Assembly: GCA_051362555.1 (NCBI GenBank)
Contig: JBPQGU010000016.1
Span: forward strand, 2,294,001-2,358,000
DNA from: Lingula anatina
Taxonomy: Eukaryota; Animalia; Brachiopoda
Length of the DNA stretch: 64,000 nt
Reading direction: 5' to 3'
Part shown: positions 43,301-53,407 of the stretch, piece by piece
Layout: each line of letters opens with the position of its first letter
Position numbering within the stretch: the stretch's first letter is position 1
Translations under genes and position numbers: made by a program
Notes under the pieces: model-generated
Databases searched by the model: none
Seen by the model: only the letters and a program-made list of their open reading frames with translations
What the model was told of the DNA's origin: nothing

Positions 43301-44178
43301 CAGTGACTTGAGGACAGATATGTCAGATACTTAAACTATGATGTTTGTCTGTATCCACAGTAACTGAATACTTGAAGTATTATTCACCACAAACCAGTAT
43401 AACACCAATGAAAGACTTATAAAAGACATGGGGAGGGGGGGGGGGGGGTGCAGACAACTAACCTTACACCATGGGGCATTACTTTCAATCTTTCAATACC
43501 TTACACATTACATATAGTAAGGCAATCAAAAAAGATTTAAAAGGAAAGATTTTACCTTGAGCTTGTATTTGTTCACACCCAGCGGGCCGGGGTGTGGAGT
43601 CTCCCTGCTCAGACTCTCTGCCAAGTAGGCGGCATACCCCAGGGAGTTCTCGACCAGCCACCGGAAGGTCTGCCCCCGGTATTTTCCAAACTGCAGCCTG
43701 TGATGCCCCAGAAGGTGTTTCTTGTCGGTGACATCCAGGCCGAGCTGGATGACTGCAGACCTGGCCTCCTCCGCAACCTTCTCCGGTGGTTTGGCAGCGG
43801 CGGTGAGGGAGGCAGTGGCTGCAGAAGCAGCAGCCCTCCTCGCGGCGTTACTCTCACCGAGCGTCAGTGCTCCATCCGACCTCCTCCTGAACACTGGGTC
43901 GCTTGATCTGGTCGAGGGGAGTGGCGTTTTCGGTTCATCTGCAAAGAAATCCAGACATGTCATGTCGAGCACCCACCCACGTGGATTTTTCCCGCGAAAA
44001 GGTAATTATTGCGATAAAAGCGGAAAGGTGCAACTGGTTGCGCCGACTGATACGTCGGCGTGCTCGGTACTACTTGAGCTTTTCATCGGTGTCGGTGTTT
44101 AAATTATCTAGTCCGTTTAAAGCGAGCAACGGGCAGGTGAATCGCTGAGTCGAGAGAAAACTTACCTCTTGTCGCCAT
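40181..44178 (-). pseudogene. truncated transposase gene (exons 1-7 and start of exon 8), 1-bp frameshift at ~40638
   Basis: ATG at 44178. It reads cacaaGGatg versus cacaaGGGatg in copies 2 and 3, which splits the KMDSTKK exon. The second D, DxxH and E motifs are missing. Confidence 0.8.
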
Positions 44179-44204
44179 GTTGAATAGCTTGTGCTTGACG
44201 ACTC

Positions 44205-44345
44205 CTGTACCACGTGACCTCTTTTCTGCGGCCGTAATTCGCTGATTTCGCCTACGTCATCGCTGATTTTCGACCAGATCGCTGATTTTGGGTTTGTGAT
44301 TGGTTGGAATCGCTGATTTGAGGAAAATCAGCGATGACGTATGCA
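44205..44345 (-). promoter_or_regulatory. putative transposase promoter / subterminal repeat cluster
   Basis: CpG-rich stretch between the ATG and the element end. It has four direct and one inverted TCGCTGATTT, a 19-bp perfect inverted repeat (44253-44271 / 44323-44341), a CCAAT on the - strand, CACGTG and TGACGT motifs. Confidence 0.55.
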
Positions 44346-44373
44346 TGAGTCGTCATGTGATTCGGGGTCACTC

Positions 44374-44428
44374 TACAGAGAAGCTACGCATGTCCCCTGC
44401 GCAAAGGAACCCACTCAATCTTCTCTGT
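44374..44428 (+). other. element-element junction: U6 snRNA-like sequence, GCGCAA putative TSD, 9-bp subterminal inverted repeats (repeated at 53377-53431 and 62382-62436)
   Basis: TACAGAGAAGCTACGCATGTCCCCTGCGCAA versus conserved U6 TACAGAGAAGATTAGCATGGCCCCTGCGCAA (recalled) gives 27/31. AATCTTCTCTGT (44417-44428) is the exact reverse complement of U6 ACAGAGAAGATT. Confidence 0.92.
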
Positions 44429-45348
44429 CGGCCCAGCGCAAAAAAGAAAAAAAGAAAAAGGCAAAAAATGCGAAAATTACGCCAAAAATCCCGGGGCGGA
44501 TGGGGCAATTTCGGCGCGCAACTTGGCACCAGATGCGTTTCAAGCCCCAAAAACGATTAAAAACGTTAGTGCGCACCTGGAATGTTTGCCGTGGCCGGGT
44601 GAATGGTTCCCCCCTAAAGAAAGGACCCCACGCCTAGTTCCTGTAAACATTGCGGTTTGTTGTGGTCACATGACCGTGTCACAGTAGCCGACGGCCAAAT
44701 GACCGTTAACATCGTCAAAAAAGGCCCTTCTCCTGCTCCTGCAGTTGAGAAATGTGCTACAAAGTAGCAAATTGACAAACGCAAACAAAACACAGCATCA
44801 AAATACAGAACGAAAGTGCCCGGCGTTATAACGAAAGTGCATAACGAAAGTGCATGTGTATGCAAATGCAAATCGCCAAAAACGGGCCAAACTTGCGCCC
44901 TCTAGGAGTTAAGTAGGAGTTAAGACCCAGATCTTGGCTGAATAGCGTCGCCTAATGCGTTTGCATGCTAAAAAAACGTAAATAACCTTGGTTGTGACAG
45001 ATTGCTACAGTTGAGATCGTGGTGGGGAAAGAAGGGGAGGGGGGGGAATACAGAAACGTGCTCTGCATTCTACTTTCAATTTACTTGTACTGTTCATCAA
45101 AATTAAATTAAATGTACAAATTCCGTTTTATTTTCAGTTTACTGTTTTTTTTAAAATCAATATACAAATTGAAACAAAGAATGCAGGTTGTATATGAATC
45201 AAATTTATTGAACCTCAATGCAGATAGCAGTTTTTTTCTGCGTTGTAGTTGCATAAATGATTGAAATAAGTCAGTGATTTTTTTTTTAATATATATATAT
45301 ATATATAAATAGATGATAGTCCAGCTGTCTTGTTGTTTTTGCATCACA

Positions 45349-45750
45349 GTTGCATTGAATAAGTAGGTGATAGTCCAGCTATCTTGGAACAAATTATTGC
45401 ACAGTTGTTTTTGCATCGCAGTTGCATTGAATAAGTAGGTGATAGTCCAGCTATCTTGGAACAAATTATTGCAGAGTTGTTTTTGCATCGCAGTTGCATT
45501 GAATAAGTAGGTGATAGTCCAGCTATCTTGGAACAAATTATTGCACAGTTGTTATTGCATCGCAGTTGCATTGAATAAGTAGGTGATAGTCCAGCTATCT
45601 TGGAACAAATTATTGCACAGTTGTTTTTGCATCGCAGTTGCATTGAATAAGTAGGTGATAGTCCAGCTATCTTGGAACAAATTATTGCACAGTTGTTTTT
45701 GCATTGCAGTTGCATTGAATAAATAAGAGATAGTCCAGCTATCCTTGAAT
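45349..45750. repeat. 72-bp minisatellite, about 5.5 units, downstream of the transposase stop (also 54354-54755 and 63359-63760)
   Basis: Unit gttgcattgaataagtaggtgatagtccagctatcttggaacaaattattgcacagttgtttttgcatcgca starts at 45349, 45421, 45493, 45565, 45637 and 45709. Confidence 0.95.
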
Positions 45751-45943
45751 AAGTGAATTGCCAGCTAACCAAGCTATTGCACACTTCCCTTGCATTGTTT
45801 GTTGCATTAATGACAGTCCAGCTGTCTGTGTATAAATATATGATGACAGTCCAGCTGTCTTTGTATAATTAAATAAAAAATGACACTCCAGCTGTCGAGA
45901 ATAATGTCATTTTGGGAAGACACAGTCCTTATTTATACTGCCC

Positions 45944-48900
45944 TCACTGTTGTTGTTGTTGTTGTTGTTCTAAGAGGGCCTTCATTCGTTCCTTCCAGGC
46001 TAAGTACGTCAGGCCCTCTGCGTTGTCAGGGCAGTATGTATGGCCACGGTAGCCGCTATGACCCGCCTGGATGTTGCGTGGTTTTCCACATTTCTTACAG
46101 TTGTTTGTTTTTCTGGTCCTCTTAGCCACAACCGGAGCTGGTGTAGTTGACTGTGGAAGTGGTTGGGACCAGGGTGGAAAACCTGGTATTGGGGTCATCA
46201 CCGTGGGTGCGAAGGTGGTCCACTGGGCGGGTGCTGGTGCCAACTGGTGCGGCAGAATGCCAGGTGGAAAAAATCCAACAGGTTGTGGGACCACGACCAC
46301 TTGTTTGGACTGTGTCTCTGTTGCGCGGGCTGGCTTCATCTTCTTCTTCTTCTTCTTCTTCCCATCTCTTCTCAGCACCGCAGTGCCTGTGGTGTCTTTA
46401 GGCAGGTGGTACTGGTGCGGTGTTCCAGAGGGCACTGGCAGCCGCGGTAGCAGCTGCCTGGCAGCAGGCAGCGGTGTTGTTGCTGTTGCAGGAGGAGCGG
46501 GCAGGGACATCCCCTGTAGAAGGGAGGCCCTGTACTGCTCATCTGTAGTCCTGTTGTGCCTATGGAAGAAAAGAAAAAAAAAGAATAATCAGGAAATAAT
46601 CTTTAAATATTCTTAAATCTGAAAGAAAATAAAAAATAAAAACTGAAATGAAATTGGAAAAAAAAAAAAAAAAAAGCACTAGCAATATCATTGTATCAGT
46701 TTAATTGGTGACTTTTCAGGAATCTAATTTAAGTGAGGAATTAACATTTTACAATGTTGCTGTGACAGTCGAGTCAGTTGAGAAATTACCATGTATGTAG
46801 TGTCCTCATGTTTATGGAGAAGAGCTGGAGGGTTGTTTTTTCCATCACACGGGCGTTGTTGAAAAGGAGCCTGGTGATCCTCTCATAGTCCCGCATGATG
46901 ACTCCCCACGGGTGTTGTCTTTTGCCTCCCTTCCACGGAGCATCATGGGCCTCCATTAGTTGCATTATGACGGCCTCCACTACCCTGGATTCGGAAGGCT
47001 CACGCGCAGGGGTGCCAGTCCCCAGCATGCACCTGAAAGTACAAAGGAAAAACTTAATTTTTTCTTGTATTATTATTATTATTATTATTATTATTTGGTC
47101 TATTTCATGCCAATATCTTCTGAAAAATAAGTGTTAATACAATCTTAGCTGAAAAAAAAAAAAAAAAAACTTACTTCTTGACACTCTCCACCCCAGGAGT
47201 GATGGTGTTCTTGGAAGAGGCAAATCGCCCCTTTGTGTGCCTCCTCTTGAAGTGTGGAGTGTAACGGAGGCGTTGTTTGTCCATTTCTGGCAACGCCTCC
47301 CAGTGGTGGATTATCTTCTCCACATCTTCGGTTAGGAGGCACTCCCTCTCGATGGTACGTAGGGAGACGAGTACAGAAGCCAGCTTCGTTACGGCATCAT
47401 AACCGGGGATATGATGTCTGTCCACTGACTCTGAAGTCTCATCTACCTTGGGTGTTGGTTCTTCAAGGGGCACCTCTTCTGGAAAGTAAAAAAAAAATAT
47501 GCCGATATAATGAGGGGGGAGGGGAAAAAAGAAATATCACCTGAAAAAAAAAAAAAATAAATAAAATAACCTTGTGTGAACAGAACAGGGCAACTGACTT
47601 GCATAGCTACATATCTGGAATTAACATATAAAGAAAAATAATAATAATAATAAAGAAATAATAATAATAATTACAATAGTAATAATCTAAAAATTTACCT
47701 TCTCTGGGTGGAGAGGTATTGGTTGCCTCTGTCACGGAGGAGGTGTGTGGTCTGGGAGGGATGTGGAATACAGGGTCCTCGTCAGCATCTGCAATTGTGG
47801 GATCACAGTCTTCAGAGAACCCCTCATCATCAGCATCTTCCTCCACTGTCTCGACAACCTCCTCCTCGGGTGCATCTGGGTCCAGTTTTACAGGTTCTAG
47901 GGCCTTTCCCGTCTGATCGAGCAGGTACTCGCACCCTAGAAGCTCACCTGGAAGTAAAGAGAGAAATGAGAGAATTATTAGTAGCAGGCCTCATTTTTTT
48001 TTTCATGTATTTATTTATTTATTTATTTATTTATTTTTTCCAAAAATAATTTCTTGGCTGCAATTACATCTAAACTAATTATATTCCTATAAATTACACG
48101 AAACCTAAATCACTTTAATTACCAGTGTATTTCCTGGGGACCACAGCATTTGGCACGATGGTATTGCCAAGCACCCGTTCTCCCAGATGGTTCACTGCCT
48201 GGACGAGCTGTCCATCATAGCAGCGAAGTTCGGTGTCCCCATTGTCAATTGCGGCCAGCGCACGATCCTGGTTCCACCGAACAATTCCTTCCAGGATGTA
48301 GGCTTGGAAATTTGTGGCAGAGGCACTTTGTCCTGTTAAAAACAAGAAAAAAGGGAGAAAATTAGCTGCAAGTGTTCAATAACCACAAATTTTCAACAAA
48401 AATGTTAAGTTTAATTTAACAAGTACCAATGCATCAAAATTAAGTCAGTCTAAAGTGATTTTAAATCTACTTTCAGGTAACCAAGCAGTCTGTCGGTGTG
48501 TGTGGTTGTGCTTACCGGGAATGAATCTAACAATATGAGAATGGAAGCTCTCCAGGGAAACTGAGCCCCTCGCACACCTGTAGACCTTCAGCTCCTTCCC
48601 GCCCTTCCTCAGAGTTCCAGTCTGGGTGTACAGAGAGACCCCTTCGACGTCCTGGAGGCATGGTATGTGGCGCTGTTGAGAGGCCCACATGTCTTGCACT
48701 CTCTCGTGATCAAGGAGAGGTACTCCTAGCGCGTCGCACCCCTGATCACTGTCCAGCGTGTCGACCAGCGACTGCAAGAGACGAGTGGTTTCAGCTACAC
48801 CGCGGGTGCGGCGACGGCAGTGTTTCTCTAACTCCTTGCGCGAGATGTGCTGCATGATGTTGTCTGGGCTGACGCCAGCGCCCTGTAGTTGTAGTTGGCC

Positions 48901-49367
48901 CAGCTTGGCATCTCGAAGTGCTGCCAGATCATCTGCGTCCCACTCAAAAATGCAGGCAGACAACTTCTTCATGAAGACGGCGTATAGTGGGTGGCTTTCC
49001 GTGGTGACACAGGAGGCGAACCTGCGCATGAAGTGCCACACGTCCAGTCGCACCACCAGATGGGGCCAGCCAGCAAACAGCTTCTTGACATTGCAGGGAC
49101 CGGAGGTGGAGCAGCAGTCCCTGTCAACATACATCACCTTGGGTGGAGGCTGTTCACTGAGCTGGTACCGCCTCACGAGGCCCTGGGCCATCTTGGTCAG
49201 GCCAGCTCCCTCCTGAGCAGTGAGTACTGAGGTCAGTACCTGGCCGTGTTCATTGCCCACGTTGGTGCACCAGGCAGCTGAGCCTGCAGCCTCTCCTGCC
49301 AGCTTTTTGGCTACCTGAAAAACGGAGGGGGGAAATATGACACTTAATACATTTTCTTAAAGAAATT

Positions 49368-49399
<32 letters not shown>

Positions 49400-52300
49400 T
49401 TTGTTGTTTTGTTTTCAAAACTGTTCACTGTACAAAGTTTAAGAGAGCAAATCAGAACAAAAACTGTACATACCTTTTTGGTGGAGTCCATCTTCAAGAC
49501 GGATCCAAAGGTGGAGGTCACCTTGGCTTTGATCTCATCAAGCCTCAACAACACGTCACGGACCAGCACAGTTTGTAGCCATGCTGGCCCCGGGAGTCTT
49601 TCAAAGGGTAACGGCTGAAGAGGACTTGTTCTCTGCACAAGGGATGAGCTGGCAAACTTGTCTACAACTGAGAGGAAATTGGCTACCCTGCTTAGCCAAT
49701 CCCTGGTGTGCTGCTCACACAGTTGCTTACTCAGCCGAGTAGTGCTGTTCCCAAGAGATCGCTCTCTCAGGAGAGAAACTACCCGGGTAGAGCAAGAGTA
49801 CCTGCAACAAAGAATCAAGAACAGAATAAGTTATAAATGTAAAGACAGAGTTATTTTGTCCGCTGAAATAGATTTTCAAATGAACTGATATTAAATGCAA
49901 GAATTCCATAAATTAAAAAAAGAAAAAAAAAGAAAAGTTTTGAAATTACCTGTATGTGAGCAGTGCTGGAAATTTCCCCCTTGTCGCCACGTCCAGCTGT
50001 TGGAGGATTTCCCCACTCCAACCCGCATACTTCTTGTGACAGGCGCCGCACTCCAGGTACTCAGTGCCCATGTAAAAGTAGCCATCGATGTCAAGGACGC
50101 GGCGGACAGTCTTGAAGAAACCGCAGGATGTTAACTGGCGACCCTTGCATGATGGCACAGAGCAAGACAGCTGAGCCCTGAACATGCGGCGTGGCATCCA
50201 GAGGAAGAAGGGGTGGGTGAAGAAAGGCCCTGCTGTTCTAGGGGGCTGGGCGTGGACCAGTCTGGGTGATGGTGGGTGCCACCACAGCTGCAGCTCTTGC
50301 TTCAGTTGGCCCCGGCGGGTGGTAAACAAGGCACGGGAAACCCACTGTGCTTCATGTGGTGGCAGGCTGGCCTTCCATGACAGAGGGATCAGATCAGTGT
50401 CATCCACGGGCACTGGAACAAGTGAAGAGCAATAAGTACAAAATAATAGAGGGGGAAACCTGAAATAAAAGAAAATCATGAACATATATCACACTTTACA
50501 AGAGCTGACATACTTTCTCATTACTTTTAAAAATTACTCATTCTTACTTATCATGTATCTTCTGCATTGGAGGTTATTAAAAGTAACAGATTAATCACTG
50601 CTTGGACTTTGTTTACTTTATGGTCAATAGTTATCATTTAAATACATCCTCATATCTTTAACCTTATCACCCACAAACAAAAAAAAGTTATTGCATGTTC
50701 AGCTCTTTTATGCTAATCTACAGGCAATACAAACACCAACCACCTCACAGTAAGGAACCCACAGTAATGCAGAAAAAAAAAAAAAGGAAAGCGAAAAAGC
50801 GAAAAAGAAAACAAAACCAAAGTGCTGCTGCTGCTGCTGTGCTGTCACCTTCCAAAACATATAAAAAGAAAACACACCACATGCTACAAGTGTCAGTGAA
50901 TAAGCCACGTGTGCATTAATAATAAATAAAACAATAAAACTCTGAAAGCTTGATTTCAAACTCACCAACACCTGTCCTCCAAAGACTGTGAAAAGAAAAC
51001 AGGTACAAGAACAATAGAACACTCTTAATGTTTTACATTCTGTTTTACACTATTTTCTTTCATTACACTTTGCGCGATTAATTTTATAAAAAATCTTAAA
51101 ATTCACAATCTAAGCTGTGCAGATTTTCATGAAGGAATTCTTCTTGTCATCATCACCTTGGCAGGAGGGCTGGGGCGGTATGTGATATGTCACAGACAAA
51201 ACACTTAATGTAAGGTCAGCAGCTAGGAGTTAACTTTTTGCTCACTGAAAATTGACTGGTTAATTTCCAAATTGAATTGACTGGTTAATTTCCAAATTGA
51301 ATCCCAGCTGTGACCTCAAATTGTTCATGGAAAAGAAACAAAAAGTCTTTACCTGAATCTGGCAGGGAGCTCTGCCTTTTGGTCTCCTGTTGGGGTATGG
51401 TGTCAGGAGCGGCAGCTGTACTGGTGCCAGCACCAGCTGAGGCAGGGACAGGTAGCTCTGGGCGTTCCAAGTCGCTCACTTCCTCAGGGTCTACGGCTGT
51501 CGCTTTAAATGAACAAAATTAGAATATACTGAAGTAAAAGTGGCAACAACTGTAAAAAGATGTTAGAAAGCTACTCTTAAAACAAGGGTCCTTACGTCAA
51601 TGAAATTACCATGAATTACATTTACCTCTGGTGGTGGGTTTAGGTTTCTTGGCAACGGCGGTGTTGGTGCTGTCTGGGGCAGGAAGGGGGGCGTCCACCA
51701 CTTCCACATCCTCAGACTTGGGCAGGGTCGCCGTTGCTGGAAAAAAAAAAAAATGAATAACGGAATAAATACACTGATACAGAAGCACACATCAACTATT
51801 AAATTTGAAAAAAAAAAAAAAAAAATGTGTGTAATAATACATGTGTCATTTACCTCTTCTTGATTTCTTAAGATTGGGTGTTGGCCCTGGGGGACCAAGC
51901 TGTCTCTTCACTCCAGCTTTGAGCCCTGCTGGTGACAGATGACTGCCGACCATGAGGCTCTGAAGTGAGCTGGAGGATACTGGGACAGGCTTGGCAGGTG
52001 GTGTGGGTTTTGCCTGCCTCTCCTTGGTCTTGGCAGCAATAGCCTCCCGACCCTGGGGGAACAGCTCAAGGTACTCCTATGTGAAGTCAATAAAGGTGAT
52101 TAAGACAGGTACCCTGACAATAAAGGCATTGTCCAATTGAAATGAATGTTAATTACTATCATCTCTTTCAATAATGGAAACTAGTACAACTGATTTATAT
52201 TACTGTGTGTGCTAAGATACAAACAATGCGTTGTACCTTTCCTGGGAGGTGACCTTCAGTCCGACTAGTTTGTGTTACAAGACCACTTTAACAATACTAG

Positions 52301-53181
52301 ATATCAGTGACTTGAGGACAGATATGTCAGATACTTAAACTATGATGTTTGTCTGTATCCACAGTAACTGAATACTTGAAGTATTATTCACCACAAACCA
52401 GTATAACACCAATGAAAGACTTATAAAAGACATGGGGAGGGGGGGGGGGGGTGCAGACAACTAACCTTACACCATGGGGCATTACTTTCAATCTTTCAAT
52501 ACCTTACACATTACATATAGTAAGGCAATCAAAAAAGATTTAAAAGGAAAGATTTTACCTTGAGCTTGTATTTGTTCACACCCAGCGGGCCGGGGTGTGG
52601 AGTCTCCCTGCTCAGACTCTCTGCCAAGTAGGCGGCATACCCCAGGGAGTTCTCGACCAGCCACCGGAAGGTCTGCCCCCGGTATTTTCCAAACTGCAGC
52701 CTGTGATGCCCCAGAAGGTGTTTCTTGTCGGTGACATCCAGGCCGAGCTGGATGACTGCAGACCTGGCCTCCTCCGCAACCTTCTCCGGTGGTTTGGCAG
52801 CGGCGGTGAGGGAGGCAGTGGCTGCAGAAGCAGCAGCCCTCCTCGCGGCGTTACTCTCACCGAGCGTCAGTGCTCCATCCGACCTCCTCCTGAACACTGG
52901 GTCGCTTGATCTGGTCGAGGGGAGTGGCGTTTTCGGTTCATCTGCAAAGAAATCCAGACATGTCATGTCGAGCACCCACCCACGTGGATTTTTCCCGCGA
53001 AAAGGTAATTATTGCGATAAAAGCGGAAAGGTGCAACTGGTTGCGCCGACTGATACGTCGGCGTGCTCGGTACTACTTGAGCTTTTCATCGGTGTCGGTG
53101 TTTAAATTATCTAGTCCGTTTAAAGCGAGCAACGGGCAGGTGAATCGCTGAGTCGAGAGAAAACTTACCTCTTGTCGCCAT
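45944..53181 (-). CDS. Dada-type DDE transposase, 13 exons, 4092 nt, about 1363 aa
   Basis: Hand-spliced exons, all GT-AG and phase-consistent: 53181-53169, 52941-52559, 52076-51854, 51736-51626, 51502-51353, 50412-49950, 49801-49474, 49314-48516, 48332-48123, 47947-47699, 47478-47175, 47032-46790, 46559-45944. Motifs are LKMDSTKK (D1), MYVDRDCC (D2), RLDVWHF (DxxH) and GSVSLESFH (E), plus a CxxxxC...CxxC pair upstream and a C-terminal CKKC-x9-H-x8-C. Extra micro-exons cannot be excluded. Confidence 0.88.
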
Positions 53182-53407
53182 GTTGAATAGCTTGTGCTTG
53201 ACGACTCCTGTACCACGTGACCTCTTTTCTGCGGCCGTAATTCGCTGATTTCGCCTACGTCATCGCTGATTTTCGACCAGATCGCTGATTTTGGGTTTGT
53301 GATTGGTTGGAATCGCTGATTTGAGGAAAATCAGCGATGACGTATGCATGAGTCGTCATGTGATTCGGGGTCACTCTACAGAGAAGCTACGCATGTCCCC
53401 TGCGCAA

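Larger units (their letters stand above)
40181..44398 (-). mobile_element. Dada-U6-like DNA transposon, copy 1 (left-truncated)
   Basis: Near-identical to 49184-53401. It begins abruptly at tgggccatcttgg inside the catalytic exon and ends at the U6-like terminus ...TACAGAGAAGCTACGCATGTCCCCT|GCGCAA. Confidence 0.88.
44405..53401 (-). mobile_element. Dada-U6-like DNA transposon, copy 2 (full length, 8997 bp)
   Basis: Bounded by GCGCAA at 44399-44404 and 53402-53407. No TIRs; subterminal CTTCTCTGT and ACAGAGAAG each lie 15 bp from an end. It encodes an intact DDE/DxxH transposase. Confidence 0.9.

Noticed and set aside
44374-44428. A genuine U6 snRNA gene
   Set aside because: Only about 31-50 nt are similar. 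The AGC triad is altered, and the 5' stem-loop and 3' end are missing. It is better explained as transposon termini.
44903-44924. TTAA-flanked element boundary (Sola3/piggyBac/Kolobok type)
   Set aside because: No terminal inverted repeats extend from these TTAA sites; the symmetric U6-like junction explains the boundary far better.
45349-45750. CRISPR-like array, or repeat proteins (ORFs 45108-45536, 45344-45784 and copies)
   Set aside because: The units are contiguous 72-bp repeats with no unique spacers, in eukaryotic DNA. The ORFs stay open only because 72 is divisible by 3.
50962-51200. Extra micro-exons in transposase intron 5 (e.g. cacag|TCTTTGGAGGACAGGTGTTG|gtgagt)
   Set aside because: The 20-nt candidate alone shifts the frame, while direct splicing 51353 to 50412 is in phase. 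An alternative or poison exon cannot be excluded without RNA data.
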